DNA of 64,000 bases from Utricularia gibba (Eukaryota; Plantae; Magnoliophyta), in NCBI GenBank assembly GCA_002189035.1, contig CM007989.1:5084001-5148000 (forward strand), written 5' to 3'. Of the stretch, positions 12,123 to 24,372 are shown piece by piece. The notes beneath the pieces were generated by a model, which saw only the letters and a program-made list of their open reading frames with translations, did not search any database and had not been told where the DNA came from. Position 1 is the stretch's first letter; each line of letters starts with the position of its first letter. A program made the position numbers and the translations under genes.

Positions 12123-13179
12123 GTGTTGATCATGGCGGAAAATAGCATAGCCACCAACTCGACTCAGGACGGAAACGCCGATGCGAGAGACCTCGGCCTT
12201 ATGATCACCAGCAGGGAGCAACTGAAAGTCCTACTAACCGAAATCCTTGCCGACCTCCGAGCACCTTCAGGTCTCAACTCCAACGCCCAGGAGGGAACGC
12301 CCGAAACTGCACCACGAGCGGAGAAGCAACCTATTATCCCGGATTACCCCCCCCGGATACGGAGACTGAATCCGAAACCAAGGAGGAAATGCTACGAAGA
12401 AAGAGGTGCAACCAAATCATATATGAGCCGGGGACCGATAGGGAAAACATGGCTGGAAAAATCTTGGAAGAAAGGGAAGAAGAGCTGAGAAGAGAATTGG
12501 ATCAGATCCGGAAAAGATGAGAGCTCATCACCGCTCGAGCGCCACCGGGAGAGAAAGAGAGTAGGGGCTTCAGGGACGCCCTCGACCAGAATGTCTGCAC
12601 CGGAAGAGGAGATGTCCTTGACGACATTGATCTAGCCTTGAAAAATAGTGTTGAAGGAACGGCGAGGACCCCTGCACTTCGTTTTGACCCCTTCTCGAAC
12701 GATTTAGTCGAGGAAGAACCCGAGAGAGGATTCAGGATCCCAGACGGATTACCCACGTATGACATAAGAGTCCTCATTCTTATTGGTTTACGGTTCAGAA
12801 GCCATATGCCCTATCAAACTGACTTTGAAGAGCTACCGGGTAGAGCATTATAATGAAGAGGAAAATACTGACCTCCGAAAACTGGAATTGGAGCTGTTGG
12901 AAGAAAAGCGGCAAATCATCTATAGCCGACTAGGGGCTTATCAGAGAAGAATGGAGAAGAGTTACAACAGCTCGTTATCCTCAAGGGAATTCTCCGAGGG
13001 AGATTTGGTACTCCGAAGCATCCAACCACAGAAACATGTCGGAAATTGACTGCAACTGGGAAGGCCCTTATCGGATTTCAAGGGTAATCGGAAAAGGAGC
13101 ATATCGCCTGGAACAATTAAATGGCGTGGAACTCACAAGGTCGTGGAATGCATCGCATCTAAGGAAATTCTACGCCTAA
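12123..13179 (+). pseudogene. Tat gag N-terminus fused to integrase C-terminus
   Basis: MAENS...ERGFRIPDGLPTYD (gag start) joins at ~12764 to YGSEAICPIKL...REFSEGDLVLR...WEGPYRISRVIGKGAYRLEQLNG...WNASHLRKFYA* (gypsy integrase end). Protease, RT, RNase H and the integrase core are absent. Confidence 0.82.
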
Positions 13180-13288
13180 CCGACTCAATATCATTCTTTG
13201 TCACACGATTACGCAAGATTCGGCATTCTCTTCCCCAAAACACTCACACGCCTATAAATTCCTCCGAAGTGGAGATGGGTAAATGAAA

Positions 13289-13430
13289 CCGCAAGCCTTG
13301 GCCGAATCGCGTAAGCCCAGGCAGGCCATCAAAGATCTAAACCACAAGCCCTGGCCGAATCACGTAAGCCTAGGCAGACCATCAAAGATCTAAACCACAA
13401 GCTCTGGCCAAGTAACGTAAGCCCAGGCGA
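13289..13430 (+). repeat. 53-bp tandem repeat, ~2.7 copies, downstream of Tat pol
   Basis: Units start at 13289, 13342 and 13395 (CCACAAGCCCTGGCCGAATCACGTAAGCCTAGGCAGACCATCAAAGATCTAAA). Confidence 0.85.
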
Positions 13431-14027
13431 ATCTCCTAAATCGGCGTCCCCCACGGGATACAGAAAATCGACTCGGGGTCTCCCCGATATATATATGTGA
13501 TCCACCAACCCAAGCGTCAATAGCAAGAATAAGCCGTGGTACAATTCAGGCACCGGTTTAGGTAAACCGCTCGCGTAAGCCCCGAAAAGCCCTTAAGTAT
13601 TGACCTTACTGTCGAAATCTCAAGATGGCAAGAGCACCTGAAGCAAATCCATCCATGTTCAAAACAATGGGGTATGCCCAGAAGAGGGCCCTTTCGGATT
13701 GGGGAAGTCGCTCAACCCATGAGGGGTTACGACCTACTTCCCTAGCAACGGTTCAGCTCGCATGAGGAAATACTAAGGCAAACTAAAATCAAAAAGCCCA
13801 ACCAAAGGGTTGGCGAGGAGACACCCACCCCCGATCACAAAAGCATAGGCGAATCTTTCAAGCCTAAGCACATGATAGACACAACAAACCGACTCGGGGC
13901 TTCCCCCGAAATATGACATCACCAAAGGCAAAAGTGATCGCAAAAAAAAGAGTAAATTAGAAGGAAACCCCGAACCGGGAGACCAAAAATATCCAAAAAG
14001 CCCCACAGCAGGGGGAAAAACATCAAG

Positions 14028-16276
14028 TCAAAAATTAAAGTGCAGGAGGGATGGGGGATTAACGGGAGGATTGGCAGAGGAACCGGTATGTCGTTCCATC
14101 CTTGCTCTCAGCTTGGCATCATTCTCTCGCCCTATCCTCGCCCAAATCAATGCAGTCAGCCGCTCTCGATCAGCTTCAAACCCGAACTCCGAAGCATGAT
14201 ATATGCCAGCAATGACGTCCAACATATTTTCATCCTTCTTTAGCGGGTCAATCCCTGCGAAACGCGGATCGGTGAAGGATAGCCCAAACTCCCAGCTGAA
14301 CTAACACCTCTGCCGGTACAAGAGAAGGCCGATTAAATATCCAGCGTAAATAGCTGATAACTCGGAAAAGCAGGCCGAGTTCACGAAGTCTTCCAAAAGC
14401 CTTCCGCGAGATGCCTCCATGTTGAGCAGCTCCACCTCTAGGGCCGAAACACAATCCTTGGCTTGTTTTAACTCTGCCTCAGCCTCCTCGAGTTGCACCT
14501 TGAAACCTTCCTTCTCGGAGTTGGCGTCTTCAATTGCCTTCCCCATTTCACTAACCCGGTTCTGCAACTCCTCTGCTCTGCGGGTACACTTCCCAAGCAT
14601 ACTTCTCAATGCGCTCCTTTCCTCCCCCATTGACCTTATATTGGCATCCTGAGCCACGAGTTGAGCCTAAAGCTGAGAAACTTCCTTCGAATGGGACCCC
14701 ATTTCCTTGGCCATCCCCATCCGAACGTCAAAACCTAGGACAAAATCGGCAAGTAAGGAGCCGAATATATATGATTCCAAAAGAGAGAGAGAGTACCTGC
14801 CAAATCCTTTTAAGTACAATCTCCGGCTGAACTCCCGAAAGATTCGGGAAAGCCTCCTCTAAAGCTCTTCGCAGCTTCGCGGGGACCGAAGAGGGGAGAA
14901 GAGCCGGATCCTCCCTTACTTGAATTGGAGGAGTAGGAATCCCCCCGCATTACTCGGAGGGATCGATGTAGAAGCATCAGCCGAAATAAGCCCAGTGCCG
15001 GGAATGGGACCTTCACTGAATATCGGAGAGGGAGGAAGCCTTTCTTTCCCTTTTCCCGACAAGGGAGGAGTCTCTTCCCGAGTCCCGGAAACCTCAACCA
15101 CTTGATCCTCTGGAAGGTGACCGGCAGCATCCGAGTGAGCTAAGGGTGAATCGGCCTAGGAGAAAAGTTGAAAGGGCCACCAGAAGTTAGACAAACCTGT
15201 GCAGAAGGAGCCGCACCCAATTCCTGCATTCGGCGCATCTCAGCAGAAAAGCGCGCCATCACCGAATCTTCCAAAGCGTTCTGTCGAGACATCTTCTCAA
15301 TTGCATATCAAAGCCGAAAAAACGGTGAAACGCGATAAAGAAAATACAAGATAAGGAAGCAGAACCTGGCTAAATCTTTGCTTTTTAGGAGGTCGCTACG
15401 CAGAAACCTAAACCCTTTTTCTCTTGTTTTGGGTTAAAGGCCGAGTAGGGGATTCGGGGGCCGGATCAGAGGGAAGAGGGGATACCGGTTCAGAGGTAGG
15501 GAGTGCAGCCGAGCCAGAAGGGATATTATGTGGAGATTGCAAAAGAAGTCGATACTCCAAATCGGAACCCGGAGGAATAAGAAAGTCAGGCCACTGCCCA
15601 TCCCGGTCACGACCAAGAATTCCGCATGCCGATAAGGATTCTTGTGAAAGCATCAGGGCCCGAGACTCGAATCTAACGGAGCATTCACCCAGTCTCCGAG
15701 ATTCTTTAGAGGGACATAAACGCCCTTAAAACTTTACTTGGAAAGGCACGGGGGCTTAATTGGAAAGTTCCACCTGGCCTCAGATGGGGGAGTGACCCAA
15801 ATGAAGGATGACCACCAGTTATGATGGGTATCAGGAGCTCTAAGGACGAAATCGGGGTGGTCTTCAAATCGGCGAAATTGGAAATGAGAGAAACCATGCA
15901 GGTGGTGCTTAGCCTTACGGACGGCAATTTTGAAAAGTTGGAAGAAATCCACCAGAGTCATATTCGGGTCCAAACCCGCCGAATAGAAGAGAAAGGTGGT
16001 GAAACATAAAGTTGAGGAAAGACAGAAAAGAGGAATGGAGAACATGTTCAAGAATTGAACGATGAGGGGATGGAGTGGAAAGTGGAGACCGCTCTCCAGG
16101 TAAGCCATAGGGATAGGAAGGCTGAATCTGGGAAGGGGTCGTTCCCCTGTCCCCCACAGTATCTGACTATCCCTAGCAGGACTAACGACGTACTCATCGG
16201 GAATCAAATATTTGGTCCGAATGGCGGGGATGTTCAATTCGCTAGATTTTCTACCCATCGTAGTTGAGGGAGTCAA
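14028..16276 (-). pseudogene. Tat antisense ORF (Transposase_28-like domain plus coiled coil), fragmented
   Basis: ORF 15734-16276 has IRTKYLIPDEY...AYLESGLHFPLHPLIVQFLNMFSI, resembling the gypsy-associated Transposase_28 domain. ORF 14301-14657 is a heptad coiled coil. The ORF is antisense to pol in the 3' region, as described for Tat/Retand elements. Confidence 0.75.
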
Positions 16277-16749
16277 GAAGTGGAGAAACTAAGAACGAGC
16301 GGAAAGAACCCTAGGAGAAAGAGACCCAAAAAAGGAGGGAACCCGAGCCCCCAAAAGACTGAGCGGAAAAGATGAAGGGTAGATTGGTACCTTTGAAGAC
16401 TTCCTTCTCTGGCGGATTTCACGGCGGCAAACGCGATGGGTGAGCACGACGGAGTTCAGGAAGCACTGAAATCATGCGAGCGAACCAAAAAGGCAAAGGG
16501 GAAAAATGACGGAAAGAACGTCTATTAATAGGGGAAATACTTGGGAGACGAAACGATGCATCGTTTAGAATGCCTAGAATGGGCGGGAAAAAACGTGGCA
16601 AGCCCAAGAGGTGACGTGTGGCACGGAATTCGGTCTTAATCGATTTGAGGCTCCCTCATGAAAAGTAGTAGGCTTGAAATCGGCGCAGTATTAATTCTGA
16701 TTCCCCGATTTACTCGGAAGGGCCAATATCGGCAAATCAGAGGGCTGAA

Positions 16750-17277
16750 TGATGGGGTACAAATCGGGTATAATCAGCCGATCTCTGAAAAGCTTCCAAA
16801 AGAGATCTTGAAGGGATAATGCCGACCCACAAACTGATATCTGTCAGAAATCTGACAGATATGGCCGTATGGCACAGTCCGAATAGTGGCCGAATTACGG
16901 CATGACAAAAGACTGATATCTGAAAAGCTAGATCGCATAGCAGGAGCACAAGGCAGCCGATGTTTGCAGACACTAGGATTCGGTCAGGTCGAAATCTCCT
17001 ATAAGTAGAAGAAACCACAACAAAGAGGAGGTTGGAATCAAAAGATTTCTTCAATTTGTATTATTCTCTTCGTGACCTTCATCTAATGAAGCTCTTTTCC
17101 GGCGAGCTCCGGCAGCTCCGTGGTTTTTCCGCTTTCCGGCGGTTTCCACGTAAAAAATCCTTGCTCACTCTTATTTCAATCGAACCAACCATGAAGAACG
17201 TGACTAAGTGTAGCATTCTCGATCGCACCTGTCATCTTAAATCGGCTTCCCACCCGATATCGATTTCACAAATAACA
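16750..17277 (+). repeat. Tat 3' LTR (528 bp)
   Basis: TG...CA, preceded by the purine-rich AGAGGGCTGAA, internal TATA-like CTATAAGTAG, followed by TSD TCGCC. Confidence 0.88.
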
Positions 17278-18114
17278 TCGCCAAAATTCTATTACATTGT
17301 AGATGTTTTACATAAGTGATGAGGCTGAGGTGGACAACAGTCATATGAAAGTTGTATAGCTAGATCTTCATTACTCGGTAGTCATCTTTGTGTCTAATGC
17401 TGGTTTGTCATCATTGTATCTGTTAGGCTCTAATTTAATATCTCTCTAAAGCTGAGTTTGGGCTAAAGATGAAGATTTGACCGCAATTGCTTCAATTGGG
17501 TTTCTTAAAGCCATCAGTAATCTGATATTTTCTGGTTGTGTATTGAGTGATGAGCTTGCCCATTGCTACTTGCTCTCATATATAATGGAATCAAGATCTA
17601 TATGTTTGCTATGAGAGCGTTGAACTAGATTGATCTTCATATGTAGAGCACTAAGATTGTGACATTTTAGGATAGGGGTTGAGAATGATATTTTGAGCTC
17701 TATTAGAAGATGCTCTATCCAAGTCAATTAGGCTGATATGTGTGTCAAAGTTCAGTATTCAGCTTCTATGCTAGAACAAGAGGCTTTAGTTTGCTTCTTG
17801 GCACACCATGAAATTGGATTTGCACGAAGAAAGATGCAGAAATCAATTGCTAATTTTGGGTGATTGGACCATTTTCCCAATCCGCATCTAAAAAGCCACT
17901 GATAGATAATTCCTTAAGAATGTTGAAATGAAGTCCAAGTTGTAACATCCCTTTCAGGTATCTTAATATTCTTCTATCTTGCTGCATATGACTATGTTGG
18001 AGCACTCATGAATTGGGAAAACATACATTAATCAAGTTATTTTCAGTAAAGATGCAATTTGGTCCAATTTTCCCATAGTTCAAGTGCAAGGTGGTTTTAT
18101 TGTTCCTCCAAGCC

Positions 18115-18962
18115 GATGTACGTCCGCATAGGGGTTGGACCGCACTATTTGACCAGTCTACAAATTTTTATGAGTACAAGGACAATAGGGGAATTACAAG
18201 TCGGAATGTAAAGGAAAGATAAGAAAAGTTGGCAAAAAAGAAGGCAAGAATCTCACAACAAATGTAACTAACTACGATTGACGTGCGAGACTGGTGTGAA
18301 TAAAGAAAAGAAATGATTTGCTACCTATATAATTCCTTACTCTCCAGAATATTGAGAAGAGCCCTTCTTCGGAGACTGTTTTTGGCTCGAGGATTCTTCT
18401 ATTATAGAGAGAGTTTCTCTCTTTAGAGTGTTTTTATGATTGGATGGAAGAGAAGGCAAAGGAGAGGCATTCCAGTGTGACAATGAGACTAATCTCCGAC
18501 ATTAGAAGTGTATCTAAGACATGAACGAAAGATAAGGAGGCTCGGGAACCTGCAATTTGAGATGAAGAAGACAAGGAAAATACCAAAATTGGAGAATCAA
18601 ACAAACATTTTTTTTTTGTAAATCTTATTTCTTGCATCATATTGTATGAACATGAACATTATTTCCTTGTGTTTTTAATTTCCAACAAATTCGAATGCTT
18701 TCATCATCTCATTTGCGTACTTTGTTTGAGTTTAAGAACTAGTAGAAGTCTTTTATTGATTTAAGTTAGAGTAGAAAGCCACTTCAAGAAAATCCCCCAT
18801 TTAATCTAATGCACACATAGGATCAACAACTAAAAATCATTTTCTCCTTGTGGATCGACTTGGACTTACTGTTGCTACAATAATTTCTTTGTGAATGTAA
18901 TGTGGTTTGTTTGTTTAGCTTACAAATTACTTGTGATAAGGAAAACCTTTAAACTTGCAACA
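18115..18962 (+). mobile_element. Probable Athila-type LTR fragment (family E) interrupting copia RT
   Basis: Non-coding insert ending AAACTTGCAACA, with the CCTTGTGGATCGAC motif typical of Athila LTR 3' ends. The left boundary and TSD could not be resolved. Confidence 0.5.
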
Positions 18963-19068
18963 TCTATAGAATTTTCCATCCGTCAATAGCATGCTCTAAG
19001 AGTGATGGTTTACAACATTTGGTATAATCCAATGGCATGGCTTGAGGTTTGCACTCCAGCATCTGACT

Positions 19069-19458
19069 TTGAGGTGGGCATAGGTACAGGTTGACCCGCC
19101 TGACCCGTGGGTCAACACGTATTGTACGCATACGAGTCACCAGTACCTATGTTAGACAAGCATGAAACAAGTCACTCAAAAACAAGAACGGGATGACCCA
19201 TCTGGTTGAACCAACCCAAAAGAGCCCAATCAAAGTTGGGATAAATTTCAGGCCAAGCATGAGACCTAGCCTATTGTAAGCTCCACACCAAGGGCAGGAT
19301 GTGGAAAAGCGTGAGCATCTCACTGCAGCCTACTACTTTATTAATTGAATTGTGATTTAAACGACCCAGTAACACGTACTCGGGTGACCCATGGCCCATG
19401 GCTTGACCTGCCTAGGGTGACCCATGACCCAGCGGGTTATGACTTGTGCCCATGTCTA
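19069..19458. mobile_element. hAT-type MITE (390 bp)
   Basis: Degenerate TIRs TTGAGGTGGGCA / TGCCCATGTCTA, subterminal GACCCG/CGGGTC repeats, and an 8-bp TSD matching 6 of 8 (ATCTGACT vs ATCTAAGT). Confidence 0.65.
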
Positions 19459-21262
19459 ATCTAAGTGCATTCCAAACTTGTATAAGCATAGTGGGTCTCA
19501 GAGATGCATCCCAGTGGCAGTGCGCTGCACCTCAACCGCGAAAAAGTGATATAAGTCCCTAAAATATTTAGTGACAAATCGTAGTTGCAGCAAATATACC
19601 ATTGTTTTTAATAGTGTCACGAAAGAGCCTATTGAACCATGTGAGGAGTGTAGGATGAATAAGGAAGGTATGTCCTTCTATAGGAAAAACCATTGGATAG
19701 AAGAAATGAACTTAGCCTATTGAACCATGCTCGAGTGTCTTATTTAAGACCATAGAATGTCTTGTTTAATTTGCATATATGTTGTGGGTGCATCGGGCCT
19801 TTCATCCTTGAGGGTTGTTTCATAAATACATCATTTTGGATGTATCTATGAAGAAATGCATTCTTAATATCTAATTGTCTTAATGACCAGCCCCAGTGTA
19901 GTGCAAATGTGAGAATAATGCTGATTGTGACAGGTTTAACCATTTGAGAGAAAGTCTCCAAGTAGTCTAAACCTACTAGTTTGTAGCCTTGTACAACCAA
20001 CCGTACTTTGAGTTTCTCTAAAGATCCATTTGTACTTAGTTTTACTCTATATATCCATTTTGAGACTCTAACATGCATATCCTTATGATATGGCACAAGA
20101 GTCCATGTGTTGATAGCTTGTAGGGCTTGCATTTTTTCAATCATTGTATGCTTCCATCTTGCATGTTGAAGAGCATCAGAAATTGTCAGTGGTAAATAGG
20201 GAATTTGAGAGTCGATGTTGATGCATAAAGCGTATTTTAGGTGTGGTTTGAATATTGCCTTGGCCTTAGTGACCATGTTGTGCATGTTTGCAGGGATTTG
20301 ATTATCAGTAGATTCATAGGTATGGCTACTTGAATGCATAGAGATTGTCTCTTCAGCACTTAATTGATTTGTCTCTGTAGGAAAATTCATGTATGACTGT
20401 AGAGCATTTCCAAAAGAAGTAGAGGATCCTTCTGTTATGCCAGAAAATTGGACTGGTGTGGATATGGTAGGAGCACAAGGTATTTCACCAACACTACTAG
20501 TACATAGTGGGTTTGTTATAGGAAGAGTGATCCAAGTGTCATAGGTGAAAATCTAGTTGTGAGGAGGTATTTTGAGAGTAAGGATATGAAAATATTGAAA
20601 ATAGGTTTTTTTGAAAATCATATGTCTAGATATATATATACTTCTTCCTTTGAGATCTGAGTACTTATATTCCTTGTGTTACTCATTGTAACAAAGAAAC
20701 ACACAAGGATTTGTCTTGAGGTCAAACTTGCTCCGTTTGTGATCCTATGTGTAAGGTAACCTGCAACCAAAGATTCTTAGAAAATCATAAGTAGGGTGTT
20801 TTTGGAATAGAAAATAATATGGTGTTGTTAATGACAGTACTCGACAATCATTTTATCATGAAAATAGCAGTTTTGAAAGGAGGTGTGTGAGGACAAAAGC
20901 ATCGGTAGATGGTTTTAGATGAAAAGAGGTGTTTTTTCAAGAAGTTGTTAATAAAATCTCCTCCTCCATCTGATTGAAATATTTTGATAGTAGAGTTAAA
21001 ATAGTTTTGAATAGATGCATTGTTTCATAACCGGGAAATAGTTTTGAAATGTGGGTGAACAAGATGACAATGCTAGGTTTCTGCACTGGTTACATTTGTT
21101 GGTTTCAAAACAAGGCTTGATAGACTTGATTCTGAGGGACACGTGGGCTAAGGGTGGATAGATCACCGATTTTGGTCTCCTTTATTAATTTAAAGTGCTT
21201 GCTCAAATCCTTTAAAGACAAACCATGTTTAGTAAATTCACAACATAGAGAAGGATGCTTAT

Positions 21263-22556
21263 TGATGTGACCTTGTAATCTGAAGAGATTCGCAATCCAC
21301 GAAGATGTGGTGATTTTGAGTCTTAGAAAGGAACTCACCCAAGTTTACCCTAAGAAAAATAAATCTCTTGCAACCAAACTATGAAAGAAAGGAAAATTAG
21401 GAGCTATACTTCAGAAAAAAAAGGAATTGGAAGTGATAATTTTAGGATATCATAAGCTCAAGAGTTTGATAAGTCAACAATATTTAAGCACTCAAAGAAG
21501 AAAAAAATTCTCACAAGATTCATGAAATGAGCAAAAGGTGCTTCAAAGAGTACATTTCTAGAATATTTATACTCTAGGATTGGGATCTAAAATTACTAAG
21601 CCCAAACTAAATATAAAAAAAAGACTACCAAGCCTAATAAGAAACATCAAACATGATGGCATATCTTGAGTTCTAAAGTAGATCCACTTTAAAGTAGTTG
21701 AGCTCCTCTAGTAATAAGGCTTCAAACCCAATGATAACATATATTTTTGAGTGATGGAGTATATGGAAATTACTCATATTGTGCTACAAAAATCATGTTT
21801 TATTGCCTAGTTCTATATTTTTGTGCATAGTATCGTAGTTATGTTATTTTAGTCTTAGTTGGGACTAAATCGTAGATTTAGTCTTAGTTGGTAGTGAAAC
21901 CCAGCTTAACAACCCTAATTAGAGGTAGACCAAAGATTAGGGGGAAAACAAGAGTCCAGTAGACCTAGACTTTGTGTGTTAGTCGTTTGATTTATGGTTT
22001 GTGTGAACTTGTTTAGTGGAGCAAGCTCAAATTGACGTAACATAAAACCTATTAGTCCGAAAGCACCATGCAGAAAGCATATGCCCCCTAGGAGTCCCAA
22101 GGCATCACCCATTTTATTGCAGGAACAATCGAGTTTAGAAGCTTGTTACTTTTCTTTACTTTATTTTATCATAACTTTGACTTAGTCCTAGTTAAGACCA
22201 ATTCCTTCACGTGACACTGATCTCATACATTAACTTTCACATAACAAGCACCTAGCTCCTTGTGTTCGACCCTAGTCCACTATGCTCATATTTTCCATAT
22301 GATTTGAGGTGAATTAGATTTATAAATTTTATTTGATATGAGAAATTTTCAAATTAACGACTTTGCATAAATTTTTCGTTTATCACCCAATATCTAACCC
22401 AATATTGTGGAGGAGACACTTGAGTGATGCTTCAATCTTCTTGGTCTTACTTCTTGTGATTGGTCCTAGTGGAATGACATTATTATCTAAGGTATCCACC
22501 TGTGCAACATCCTCAACATTCTTCAAATGTCATTCATTATCTTTCTGAGTTAATCA
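21263..22556 (-). mobile_element. CRM (centromeric retrotransposon)-like solo LTR
   Basis: TGAT...ATCA ends with perfect TSD CTTAT (21258-21262 and 22557-22561). Removing it restores the copia frame KMMHK|HPSLCCEF. Its 5' part encodes IPLGPITRSKTKKIEASL, like the integrase C-terminal CR motif that runs into CRM LTRs. Confidence 0.75.
21732..22385 (+). mobile_element. Family A solo LTR with internal deletion, nested in the CRM-like LTR
   Basis: TGATAACATA...CGTTTATCA with TSD CCCAA (21727-21731 and 22386-22390). Lacks ~0.5 kb present in 240-1399 (junction near 21910). Confidence 0.88.
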
Positions 22557-24269
22557 CTTATGCATCATTTTACTAAATGATAATAAATTCTTCTGCAAGT
22601 TAGGGACATATACATTATCAAGAGTTGGTTGGAGGTTGTAAGAGTTGGAAGCTACCAACATCAATTATAGGTAAAGTTCCTCCATTTCCTACTACTACTT
22701 AATCCTACCCATTTTAAGTTATGATATTGCTAAAAAAATTTGGATTTTTGACCTTGTGTTACGTAGCCAGGTATCAATCGTCCAATCTGTGTCATAAACC
22801 ATGTTATCAAGTGTTAGTGTTGCAAGTGCTTGAGGGAGTTCATGCATTGATTTTGTAGATGGCTGAACTTGCTATTGTAGTTTTTTGAGATGCTATCAGA
22901 TTTATGCTACATGCCCTTGAACTCAATAGATTTGACATGTTTCATTCTTATACAACTCTAATTTTGCTGGAGTCATTCTCTTTTGACTCAATCTTGAGAT
23001 AGATTTTTGCTGACTCAATTGTGAATAATGGTCAGGTTGGTGAGACATTTGTGATGGTGTTGGTGGTCATCCTAATAAGGTTTGAGTACGTTGTTGTTGA
23101 TGTGGCTATAAAACTCTTCTAGTGGAATTGAAATTCCCATTGTGAATAGTTCGTGAATTCTAATGTTGAACAAGATATCCCAATAGATACAAGGGATATT
23201 ACCTACAGAAATTCTATCTACTTTCAAGATATTATATTTGAGACAACAACTCTACATAGGTTGGTCTTGGTGGTTAGAGCAACTGTTGCAAAGTCAGCAT
23301 ATCTTCTTTCAAGACTCTATAATAGGTGAAAAGCTGTCAATTTTGCATCAAGGGGGCAACTTATAGCTTCAAGATTTTCATAAATTCCAATGAACTAGCC
23401 TTGGCTTTGGTAGTGGTGGTGATTGTGTGAGAGGATGGGACAGGTCTTGGCTTTCAAGAAGCGCTTCGACTTGTTCTTTCCATGATAGAAAGTCGGCCCT
23501 CTTCAACATGGTGATGACGTAGCTAGATAACAAGTATGATGATATCATTTGTGTTTTTTTGTACTATAGGTTTGATGAGTGAGAGCAAGAGAAGGATTTT
23601 AGAATGTTATAACTGCATGCAAGAGGACAAGATATGTTGAGTAGAGCAATAAAAGGGGAACAAGAAGATTGAGTTTCAATTGCAAGTGGATGAGGAAGAG
23701 TGTGAGGATTGTTTGGTAGAATGCAAGATGCTCTGATACAAGGATAAAAATTTTTGTATTGTTCATTCATCACCAAAAATTCTATTACATCATAGATGTT
23801 TTATACAAGCGATGAGGCTAGGGTGGGCAATGGCCATATGACTGTGTTATAGATAGATCTTCAATATTGGATTGTCATCATTGCATCTAATGCTAAGTAA
23901 TCATCATTCTGTGTATTAGGCTTTGAATTAACAAGCATAATTTCAACCTACTCATTTACATAGTACCAACACACAAAACTCTACCAAAAACCTAAAAAAT
24001 AAACATACCCTTGTTAGCTGATAGATTTACTCAATAAATTGGAAGAACATTGTGTCATATGTAAGTTCTTTTTTTTGGGCATAGAAATTGATAGCTTTTT
24101 CGTGTGTAGAACACAAAATCTTGCATGATATCAAAGCTGGTTCAATCAAGAATCACCAACAATAATTAGACTAACACATCAACAAAAACAGAATTTGAAA
24201 AGTGTACCTAACTCAAACCCATCTATAGTGTAAGATTTCTATTTTTTTTAAGCAACCTCACTTTTGGAT

Positions 24270-24372
24270 TATGGCAACTGACTTTGCAGCTCAAGCACAA
24301 TTTCCACCTCCTATATTCATTGAAATGGATTATGATATATGGAGAAGAAGATAATGTATGACATAATGTATG
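24270..24372 (+). pseudogene. Start of a second copia gag, cut by the Athila D LTR
   Basis: MATDFAAQAQFPPPIFIEMDYDIWRRR* resembles the copia gag N-terminal P.F.G.NY..W motif. Confidence 0.4.

Larger units (their letters stand above)
3628..17277 (+). mobile_element. Tat/Retand-type Ty3/gypsy element, internally deleted (family B)
   Basis: LTRs start TGATGGGGTACAAAT at 3628 and 16750; the 3' LTR ends AATAACA at 17277; TSD TCGCC (3623-3627 and 17278-17282). The 5' LTR is split by C1 (3628-3895 + 11930-~12127). The interior has the gag start, integrase end, tandem repeats and an antisense ORF. Confidence 0.88.
17500..21262 (-). pseudogene. Copia pol remnants (integrase, RT, RNase H)
   Basis: ORF 19740-20390 reads WIYRVKLSTNGSLEKLKVRLVVQGY...LRQLDIKNAFLH (copia RT). 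RRILRYLK and RNase H motifs lie at 17520-18100. Many stops. Confidence 0.8.
3595..23933 (-). mobile_element. Old Ty1/copia element (short-LTR, Ale/Retrofit-like), outermost host of a nest
   Basis: ~190-bp LTRs at 23741-23933 and 3595-3627 + 17283-17440 (split by the Tat insertion), roughly 75% identical by eye. PBS T(G)GTATCAGAGC (tRNA-iMet type) at 23730-23740, degenerate purine tract at 17441-17450, perfect TSD AGCAT (3590-3594 and 23934-23938). Copia RNase H, RT, integrase and gag remnants lie in copia order on the minus strand. Confidence 0.82.

Noticed and set aside
13289-13430. Direct repeats considered as a CRISPR-like array
   Set aside because: Contiguous 53-bp tandem units with no unique spacers, inside a plant retroelement.
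14028-16276. 'Transposase'-like ORF as a separate DNA transposon
   Set aside because: No TIRs or TSD. The position and antisense orientation match the known extra ORF of Tat/Retand elements.
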